A DNA stretch of 32,000 nt. Source: Trichlorobacter lovleyi SZ (GTDB lineage: Bacteria; Desulfobacterota; Desulfuromonadia; Geobacterales; Pseudopelobacteraceae). Each line of letters opens with the position of its first letter. The stretch's first letter is position 1. The notes under the pieces are model-generated. The model made no database searches and was not told the origin of the DNA. It was given only the letters and a program-made list of their open reading frames with translations. Position numbers and translations under genes: made by a program. This document shows, in pieces, positions 8,527 through 15,707 of this stretch. The stretch lies in the NCBI RefSeq assembly GCF_000020385.1, contig NC_010814.1, positions 1,590,001-1,622,000 on the forward strand, given 5' to 3'.

Positions 8527-9173
8527 TTTGGATTAGAGATGTGGTAAAAAAATATTCTACCCGTCACGGCGTTGTAACTGTGCTTGATAATGTCAATTTG
8601 GACATCAATAAAGGAGAAAAAATTGGGATTTTAGGCAGAAATGGTGCTGGCAAGTCAACTCTTATCAGGCTTATCAGTGGTGCAGAGAAACCCACATCCG
8701 GGACAGTTCATTGGGGCATGAGTATTTCCTGGCCATTAGCTTTTACTGGAGGATTTCAGGGAAGTCTAACCGGATTAGATAATTTGAAGTTTATTTGTCG
8801 CATATATGGCATAGATGCAAGTAGTAAAATAGACTATATACAAGAGTTTTCTGAATTGGGTAGGTATTTGTACGAACCTCTTAAGACTTATTCTTCAGGG
8901 ATGCGTGCACGTTTAGCCTTTGCTCTTTCTATGGCAATTGATTTTGATTGTTTCTTGATTGATGAAGTGGTCGCCGTGGGAGATAGCCGATTTCATGAAA
9001 GGTGTAAACATGAGTTGTTTGAAAAGCGCAAGGAGAAAACCATGATTATTGTGTCACATCAATCCGATTTTATTAAGGCTCATTGTACTCGTGCTGCCGT
9101 GTTAGTAGCTGGTCGGATTCACCAGTTTGAGCAGGTAGATGAGGCTATGTCATTTTATCATGAGCATCTTTAA
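8523..9173 (+). CDS. kpsT: Capsule polysaccharide ABC transporter ATP-binding protein
   Basis: Walker [13 protein letters not shown] signature YSSGMRARL, Walker B CFLIDE and H-loop VSHQ. At 216 aa it has no C-terminal carbohydrate-binding extension. Confidence 0.9.
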   Translation: MIWIRDVVKKYSTRHGVVTVLDNVNLDINKGEKIGILGRNGAGKSTLIRLISGAEKPTSGTVHWGMSISWPLAFTGGFQGSLTGLDNLKFICRIYGIDASSKIDYIQEFSELGRYLYEPLKTYSSGMRARLAFALSMAIDFDCFLIDEVVAVGDSRFHERCKHELFEKRKEKTMIIVSHQSDFIKAHCTRAAVLVAGRIHQFEQVDEAMSFYHEHL

Positions 9174-9203
9174 AACAACTTTTAATGTTGCAAGGATACT
9201 TTG

Positions 9204-11777
9204 ATGGGTACGCGTGACACTGAATCTTCTACAACGTCAATTGCGATGCTACAGCGACAGGTAGCATCGCTGATACAATTGTCCGACCTCCTGGAGAAGC
9301 AGCAACAGTTGTCAATACACGAACGTTTTCAATCTGATCTTGCCCAGCGAGCTGTACTGCGCCAGACCTACAAGTCAAAAAAGAACTGGCGGATAATGCT
9401 GGATTTCAGACTTTTGAAAATGCGCAAACTACTCGAAGGATCTGTACTTTTTGATAGTGCGTTTTATCTGCACAACTACCCTGAGATCGCTTTGGCTGGC
9501 ATGGATCCCGTGATCCACTATCTGGAACATGGTGTATCCGGCTATTACGATCCACATCCGCTGTTCTCAACACGCTGGTATCTTAAGCTCTATCCCGATG
9601 TCGCTGCAAGCGGTATAAACCCTCTGCTTCATTTCATCGAATTTGGTGCTAGGGAATTCCGCGTACCTCATCCTCTTTTTGATCCGTGTTTGTATGTCAG
9701 TCAGTATCCGGACGTCTTTAACTCTGGGATGAATTTATTAGAGCATTACGTCCGTTTTGGGGGGGACGAAGGTCGTCGTCCGCATTGGCTTTTTCACGCC
9801 CAAGCCTATCTGGAACATTATCCGGAAATCAGGGGGTCGGGCATGACGCCACTTGAACACTACTGCAGGTACGGCAGAGGCTCTGTTTATCAAGTGCACC
9901 AGCTGTTCAATCCCGTTTTTTATCTGTCACGTTATGTAGATGTGCTTGAACAGTCGGATAATCCTTTGATCCACTATCTTGTAACAGGTGCCGATGAAGG
10001 CCGTGATCCCAGTTCTACTTTTTCCACTGAATCATATCGTAAGCAGTTTCCTGACCTGAAACGTGCCGGTATCAATCCGCTGGTTCACTTTGCAAGTAGA
10101 ATTGACTACCGGTGGTTTATGGCAGGCACCAATGAGACCGGTGAGTCACTGGAAAGAGTGAATTGCGAGTCTGTTGTATCTCAACTTGCTGATTTATCGA
10201 CACAGCCACTTATCAGTGTTGTCATGCCGGTTTACAATACACCACTCAGGTATTTGAAAGAGGCCATCGACAGTGTTATTGCTCAGGTTTATAAAACGTG
10301 GGAACTCTGCATTGTAGATGATGCTTCAACAGATTCAGAGATCAAGGGGCTGCTTCAGGAATACGAACGGTCTGACTTGCGTATTAAGGTAGTATTTCGA
10401 GAGAACAATGGCAACATATCAACCGCAACCAACTCAGGGTTTGAACTGGCAGCAGGTGAATACATCGCTTTGCTTGATCATGATGATCTTCTTACCTGGG
10501 ATGCGCTTGCTGAGGTTGTTCTGGCCATCAACGCGGATCCTGATAGTGATATTTTATATTCGGATCAGGACAAGATTGATGAATTCGGAGCACTGTCCGA
10601 GCCTTTTTTTAAGCCTGACTGGTCGCCGGATTATTTCTGTAGGGTAATGTATGTCGGGCATCTGCTGGTTTTTCGTCGCAACCTTCTGGATAAGGTGGGG
10701 GGGTGTGATCCCCGCTTCGATAAGGTGCAGGATTATGAGCTGATGCTTCGCCTGTCTGAAGTCGCTCGAAAGATCCACCATATCCCTAGAATCCTTTATC
10801 ATTGGCGAACACTTGAGGGAAGTGTAGCGCGAGACCCACACGGGAAAAGTGATATTGATCAACTGCAGGTCGAAGCAGTGTCTGCTGCATTTGAGAGGCG
10901 AGATATTGCTGCAAAAATTCAGCCCCATTCGGTTTTCAGCCATCGGGCAGTTATTGTACCTGCTGACCGTGTTGACTGGCCGCTCGTTTCAATAATTATC
11001 CCCACTAAGGATGCTCCGCAGCATATAGGAAGGTGTCTTGAATCCATCTACACCCGATCAACCTATCCAAATTATGAGGTCATTGTGATTGATAATAATA
11101 CCACTGACCCGGTAGCACGGCATATACTTGATAATACTCCGGCTAAACTAGTCAAATTTATTGATAAGTTTAACTATTCAAGAGCAAATAACATCGGTGT
11201 GCAGGAAGCAGCTGGCGAGTATGTCATTCTGCTGAATAATGATACGGAGGTTATCACTCCCCGGTGGATTGAATTTCTGTTGTTCGGCCTTGAACAGAAG
11301 GATGTGGCTGCAGTCGGCTCACTATTACTATATCCCGATAACACTGTGCAACACGCCGGTGTGGTACTCGGCTGCAGGGGGACGGCAGACCATGTCATGC
11401 GCTACTTCCCGGCCGATAGTGACGGATATGCGGGATCACTTTCATGTACACGGGAAGTTTCAGCTGTTACGGCGGCCTGCATGATGTGTCGTCGAGCCGA
11501 TTATCTCAGCTCAGGCAGCATGATTGAGTTTTTTGGGACACACTATCAGGATGTGGATTTTTGTCTTCGGCTGGCAGTAGGGGGGAAACGGATCTTGTTT
11601 GTTCCACAAGCAGTGCTGTACCACTACGAGAGTACAACCAGAGGAGCTGAGTATGACTATTTGGATCGCTTGCTGCTGCTAGATCTGTGGCAGGATCGAA
11701 TAACACAGGGAGATCCGTACTATAATCGAAACTTGTCTCTTGAATCTTTGGATTATCGTATCAAGGGGGCAGGGTAA
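9204..11777 (+). CDS. Large glycosyltransferase: N-terminal coiled segment, six ~38-aa repeats, then two tandem GT2 (GT-A) domains
   Basis: First GT2 domain: PLISVVMPVYNTPLRYLKEAIDSV...ELCIVDDASTD...LDHDDLL. Second GT2 domain: PLVSIIIPTKDAPQHIGRCLESI...VIVIDNNTTD...LLNNDTEV...VSAVTAACMM. The ATG at 9204 follows the TTG used by the ORF track. Confidence 0.8.
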   Translation: MGTRDTESSTTSIAMLQRQVASLIQLSDLLEKQQQLSIHERFQSDLAQRAVLRQTYKSKKNWRIMLDFRLLKMRKLLEGSVLFDSAFYLHNYPEIALAGMDPVIHYLEHGVSGYYDPHPLFSTRWYLKLYPDVAASGINPLLHFIEFGAREFRVPHPLFDPCLYVSQYPDVFNSGMNLLEHYVRFGGDEGRRPHWLFHAQAYLEHYPEIRGSGMTPLEHYCRYGRGSVYQVHQLFNPVFYLSRYVDVLEQSDNPLIHYLVTGADEGRDPSSTFSTESYRKQFPDLKRAGINPLVHFASRIDYRWFMAGTNETGESLERVNCESVVSQLADLSTQPLISVVMPVYNTPLRYLKEAIDSVIAQVYKTWELCIVDDASTDSEIKGLLQEYERSDLRIKVVFRENNGNISTATNSGFELAAGEYIALLDHDDLLTWDALAEVVLAINADPDSDILYSDQDKIDEFGALSEPFFKPDWSPDYFCRVMYVGHLLVFRRNLLDKVGGCDPRFDKVQDYELMLRLSEVARKIHHIPRILYHWRTLEGSVARDPHGKSDIDQLQVEAVSAAFERRDIAAKIQPHSVFSHRAVIVPADRVDWPLVSIIIPTKDAPQHIGRCLESIYTRSTYPNYEVIVIDNNTTDPVARHILDNTPAKLVKFIDKFNYSRANNIGVQEAAGEYVILLNNDTEVITPRWIEFLLFGLEQKDVAAVGSLLLYPDNTVQHAGVVLGCRGTADHVMRYFPADSDGYAGSLSCTREVSAVTAACMMCRRADYLSSGSMIEFFGTHYQDVDFCLRLAVGGKRILFVPQAVLYHYESTTRGAEYDYLDRLLLLDLWQDRITQGDPYYNRNLSLESLDYRIKGAG
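9450..10123 (+). repeat. Six tandem protein-level repeats (~38 aa each) inside the 9204 glycosyltransferase
   Basis: Consensus F....YL..YPD[VI]...G.NPL.H[YF]...G..EGR.PH.L is seen six times (FDSAFYLHNYPEIALAGMDPVIHYLEHG; FSTRWYLKLYPDVAASGINPLLHFIEFG; FDPCLYVSQYPDVFNSGMNLLEHYVRFG; FHAQAYLEHYPEIRGSGMTPLEHYCRYG; FNPVFYLSRYVDVLEQSDNPLIHYLVTG; FSTESYRKQFPDLKRAGINPLVHFASR). The repeats are diverged at the DNA level. Confidence 0.7.
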
Positions 11778-11781
11778 GATC

Positions 11782-12948
11782 ATGAATATTCTTTTTGTGG
11801 CATATTCCCAACTTAACTGCAACAGTGGTATTCATATCTTCAGTCTTGCAAATAACCTGGTGGAACTGGGGCATACGTGTGCTGTATGTGTGCCCGATCA
11901 ACCAGAGGCAACCGGCGACATCGGGACACCACGGTTTGCCACACTGTTGCTGGATCAGATCAAAGACAGACCGCTCATGTTCCCTGATGGCAGAGGTGCT
12001 GATGTAATCCACGCTTGGACACCTCGAGAGCTGGTGCGCCGTACTACTGAAAACCTGCTAAAACTTTACTCCTGTCCCTATTTTGTCCATCTTGAAGACA
12101 ATGAACAACACCTCACAGAACTCCATACTCGTATTTCAATCGCTCAGATGGCTAGATTGTCGTATGAAGAGCTTGATGCGCGTATCCCTTTGCACCTGAG
12201 TCACCCCCTTCGATCCCAGGATTTTCTGGCGGGTGCTGCCGGTGTAACCGTGCTTATTGATAAACTTCTTACGAATGTACCGCAAGAAGTTCCGGGATGC
12301 GTTATCTGGCCTTCATTTGATGAATCTCTTAACTGGGCGATACCCTGCGATAATAAGTTAAGGAGAGAGATCGGCATTGCTTCGACCGATTATGTGATTA
12401 CCTATACCGGCAATGTCCATTCAGCGAATCGCAGCGAGGTTCTTAGTCTGTATATAGCAGTTGCTCTACTGAACAGGAGTGGTGTAACCACTAAACTGGT
12501 CCGCACTGGCAGTGATTATATACCCTTATGCGATGCCGTTGGAATGGCAGAGTTCGAAACGTTTCTTATCGAACTTGGTTTTATTCCGAGAAAGGATATG
12601 CCAAAGGTGCTCTCTATTGCAGATGTTTTAGTTCAACCTGGTCGATCTGACAATTTTAACGATTACAGGTTCCCGTCAAAACTGCCGGAATATTTTGCAA
12701 GTGGAAAACCTGTTCTCATTCCGGCAACAAATATAGGACGATATGTAAAGGATTCAGTGGATTGCATTCTGCTTAAGCGCGGTGATGCGTGTGAGATCGC
12801 CACTCAACTGATGTCACTATTACCGGATGTGGAACGCCGCCGACAGCTCGGCACGAATGCGCTTGAGTTTGCCAGGCTATATTTTAGCTGGCAGAAGAGT
12901 TCCAAAATCCTAGCCGACTTCTACACCACTAAGAGGAATGATACATGA
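11782..12948 (+). CDS. Glycosyltransferase family 4 (GT-B, 'group 1')
   Basis: N-terminus MNILFVAYSQLNCNSGIHIFSLANNLVELGH and a C-terminal nucleotide-sugar-binding region FPSKLPEYFASGKPVLIPATNIG. The ATG at 11782 lies 5 nt after the upstream stop. The stop overlaps the next gene's start (ATGA). Confidence 0.75.
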   Translation: MNILFVAYSQLNCNSGIHIFSLANNLVELGHTCAVCVPDQPEATGDIGTPRFATLLLDQIKDRPLMFPDGRGADVIHAWTPRELVRRTTENLLKLYSCPYFVHLEDNEQHLTELHTRISIAQMARLSYEELDARIPLHLSHPLRSQDFLAGAAGVTVLIDKLLTNVPQEVPGCVIWPSFDESLNWAIPCDNKLRREIGIASTDYVITYTGNVHSANRSEVLSLYIAVALLNRSGVTTKLVRTGSDYIPLCDAVGMAEFETFLIELGFIPRKDMPKVLSIADVLVQPGRSDNFNDYRFPSKLPEYFASGKPVLIPATNIGRYVKDSVDCILLKRGDACEIATQLMSLLPDVERRRQLGTNALEFARLYFSWQKSSKILADFYTTKRNDT

Positions 12949-13679
12949 AACTCATGGAAATATATGCACAGTATGCGACACCAACGTTGAGTTATGCCAC
13001 GGTCCGTGATTATTGCGACAGCTTTGATAATCTGAACTATCTGGCGACCACAAACTGTGATTTGAAAGACGTCCAGCGGCCCTGGGTTGTGAAGAGCATT
13101 ATTAGTAAAATGCCGCCAGGCTCACGCCTGTTGGAAGTAGGTGCTGGCCAGCCGCTTGTGGCTGATGTGCTGGTTAAACTTGGCTATCAGGTTACTGTTG
13201 TTGACCCGTATGATGGTTCCGGGAATGGCCCCAGTGAATATGAGGATTTTAAATCGAGATATCCAGATATAACAATCATACGCAAACGGTTTTCAGATGA
13301 TTTGCAGGAGCTGGAGACGGAATCATTCGACTGCATCTACTCAATATCGGTCATCGAACATGTTCCCATTTCTGCAATCCCGAATATTTGTAATGGTATC
13401 AGGAAGTTTTTGAAGCGAGGCACAGGAAGGCATATCCATGCAATTGATTATGTCTTGAAAGGCGTTGGCGATGTCTATGCTCTTCAGCTTTTGCATCATT
13501 TTACAGATGCGTTTGGCGTACAACAGCAGGTAGTTGACGATCTGATAAGAAGTGCAGCAGATGACTGTGAAACCTATTTCCTTTCCGCCGAAGCGCATAA
13601 CCGTTGGAAAGGCGCAGTAAAATACGATGATTTTCCTATGCGGCGTGTTATATCTTTACAGCTGTCCTTGCCTTTGTGA
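12945..13679 (+). CDS. Class I SAM-dependent methyltransferase
   Basis: Motif I SRLLEVGAGQPLVADVL, acidic post-I YQVTVVDP, and motif II/III FDCIYSISVIEHV. Confidence 0.75.
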   Translation: MKLMEIYAQYATPTLSYATVRDYCDSFDNLNYLATTNCDLKDVQRPWVVKSIISKMPPGSRLLEVGAGQPLVADVLVKLGYQVTVVDPYDGSGNGPSEYEDFKSRYPDITIIRKRFSDDLQELETESFDCIYSISVIEHVPISAIPNICNGIRKFLKRGTGRHIHAIDYVLKGVGDVYALQLLHHFTDAFGVQQQVVDDLIRSAADDCETYFLSAEAHNRWKGAVKYDDFPMRRVISLQLSLPL

Positions 13680-13841
13680 ACTTCAAGATTTCTATTTTTG
13701 TTTCTATTTTGGTTGTTCGGTTTGCTAAATGTCAGTGCTATTTGGATTAGTAGCTGATTGATTCTTTTCAAGTCTTCTTGTTTTGAATTAGATGAATCGA
13801 CTGTGAGATGTTTTGGAGCTAGTTTAGGGTGATTAGGGTAC

Positions 13842-15617
13842 ATGAAAAATAACAAGACAGATAGAGGTTTTCAATCTCCTCACCGAGTAGCACTGCTTGT
13901 AGCTGGTATGCATAGGAGCGGTACATCCGCTCTTACAAGGATACTCAATCTGCTGGGGGCACAGCTACCCAGTAATCTGTGGCAGCCTCAGGAGGATAAT
14001 GTTACTGGTTTTTGGGAGTCTCAGAATGTTACACGCCTCAATGATGAACTGCTGGCTGAGGCTCATTCCTGTTGGGACAGCATTCTTCCCATTGACTTTA
14101 GTCAGGTGAATCCCGAACAGTTTGAGCTTCTCAGAAGGCGCGCGCAAGATCTTCTCGAGCGGGACTTTGCTGGTTCCTCCTGCTTTGTTATCAAAGACCC
14201 TCGTATGTGTCGACTGCTACCATTTTGGGTTTCTATCTTGAAGGAATGGGAAGTGCAACCCTATGTAATTGTGCCATACCGCCATCCCCTTGAGGTTGCA
14301 GCATCTTTGGCTCAGCGCAATGGCTTTTCACGTGAGAAAAGTATCTATATGTGGCTGCGCTATACGTCAGACATTATAAGACATTCTGCAAACATCCCGC
14401 GAGCAGTAGTCTCCTACAATGATCTTCTGCGTGATTGGCAAAGCACTGTTCAAAATCTTGCCAAAGATCTAGATATCTGCTGGCCTGTGAATATTGAGTC
14501 AATTACTGGAATGGTTGGAGATTTTCTTGATATCCGGATTCGTCATCACAATTTAGACGGTTCTACAGTGGGTAGCGGACGTTTCATCGATCGTCTCGCA
14601 GATCAACTTTATACAGCGTTAAATTCAAAGAGTAAAAAGCTAGCATCTCTTGCTGAGTCAATCAATCAGACACTTACTCCGATGGAACAGGTGCTGGCAC
14701 CCTTTATAGTCAATGAGCCTTCGCAGAAAAAAATGTGGATGCAGCTTTATTTTGATGTGGGTGACGGTTTCGTTGTGAAAGACTCAATCGTGAATATGAT
14801 CAAACCAGAAGAGGTTTCGCAAGAAATCGTTTTTGATCTCGCGGGAAAGGGGCGTCTTAGAGCACTTCGTCTTGACCCGCTCAACGACAGTGTGAGGCTT
14901 GAAATTGAAAGTATCTGTCTCTTTACTGCAGAAGGTGAAATCGATTTGCTTGGTCGAATTAAGTCGAATGCCCGCCTCGTGCTCGGAAACGAGTATTTTT
15001 TTGAGACGTCTGACCCGCAGATCACTTTTGATTGCCTCGGAGAGGTGGAGCTGGCCAATGCAAGACAACTATTTGTTAAGATTCACTTCATTGCTTCCGG
15101 GACCGATGCTGTTTTCCACTCGCTGAGGCAACTTAACATTGAGAAGGATTTACATATCGACCAGCTCTTATCAGAGTTGGGTGATGTGCAACATTTCCTG
15201 ATTCAGGCAAAAGAGAATCGATTGAACGATCCGTCTATTACCAAGGTGGATGCGACTCTCTCGTCAGTAGCCGAAGGTTTAGCAGAACATGCGAAATATC
15301 ATAGTTATCTTCTTGAGCAGACCAGAGTTTTGGATGCGGCATACAAGAAAGAATTTAGTTCAGCAAATAAGTGTCGAGAAGAACTTGCAAATCTTCTTGA
15401 GCAGACCAGAGTTTTGGATGCGGCATACAAGAAAGAATTGAGTTCAGCAAATCAGTACCGAGAAGAAGTTACACTATTACGTAAAAAAATAGATGAACAG
15501 CGAACAGAATTTCAAACGCAGTCATCTGCTCTTTTGCTATTAACTAACCAGGTTGACTACACACATGAAATTATTAAAAACTGGCGAAAATACCATTTGC
15601 TAAAAGATCTTTTGTAA
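13842..15617 (+). CDS. Sulfotransferase (aa ~15-290) plus a beta-rich middle module (aa ~298-420) plus a C-terminal coiled coil (aa ~430-591)
   Basis: 5'-PSB loop VALLVAGMHRSGTSALTRIL and 3'-PB-like VIVPYRHPLEVAASL. The C-terminal third is heptad-like, charged and Leu-rich, and contains a 28-aa tandem duplication. Confidence 0.8.
   Translation: MKNNKTDRGFQSPHRVALLVAGMHRSGTSALTRILNLLGAQLPSNLWQPQEDNVTGFWESQNVTRLNDELLAEAHSCWDSILPIDFSQVNPEQFELLRRRAQDLLERDFAGSSCFVIKDPRMCRLLPFWVSILKEWEVQPYVIVPYRHPLEVAASLAQRNGFSREKSIYMWLRYTSDIIRHSANIPRAVVSYNDLLRDWQSTVQNLAKDLDICWPVNIESITGMVGDFLDIRIRHHNLDGSTVGSGRFIDRLADQLYTALNSKSKKLASLAESINQTLTPMEQVLAPFIVNEPSQKKMWMQLYFDVGDGFVVKDSIVNMIKPEEVSQEIVFDLAGKGRLRALRLDPLNDSVRLEIESICLFTAEGEIDLLGRIKSNARLVLGNEYFFETSDPQITFDCLGEVELANARQLFVKIHFIASGTDAVFHSLRQLNIEKDLHIDQLLSELGDVQHFLIQAKENRLNDPSITKVDATLSSVAEGLAEHAKYHSYLLEQTRVLDAAYKKEFSSANKCREELANLLEQTRVLDAAYKKELSSANQYREEVTLLRKKIDEQRTEFQTQSSALLLLTNQVDYTHEIIKNWRKYHLLKDLL
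15307..15474 (+). repeat. 84-bp in-frame tandem duplication (2 copies) within the coiled-coil tail of the sulfotransferase
   Basis: ATCTTCTTGAGCAGACCAGAGTTTTGGATGCGGCATACAAGAAAGAATT.AGTTCAGCAAAT occurs at 15307 and again at 15391 (offset 84 nt), with about 3 mismatches over the first ~66 nt. The encoded peptides are LLEQTRVLDAAYKKEFSSAN and LLEQTRVLDAAYKKELSSAN. Confidence 0.9.
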
Positions 15618-15707
15618 TAATAGTTTTAGATCAGTCGGACGATATTTAGTGCTTTTTAATATCCTTAAAATGAGGACAATATACAACATGGAATTAGTAG
15701 TCTCACC

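Noticed and set aside
2017-15707. Search for JUMPstart/ops (GGCGGTAG) antitermination elements upstream of the kps genes, as found in enterobacterial capsule operons.
   Set aside because: The motif is not present in any of the intergenic regions I read (2017-2215, 2939-3065, 3840-4063, 6396-6446, 7623-7710, 13680-13841, 15618-15707). The only near match (GGCGGTAA, about 27677) lies inside the SDR coding sequence.
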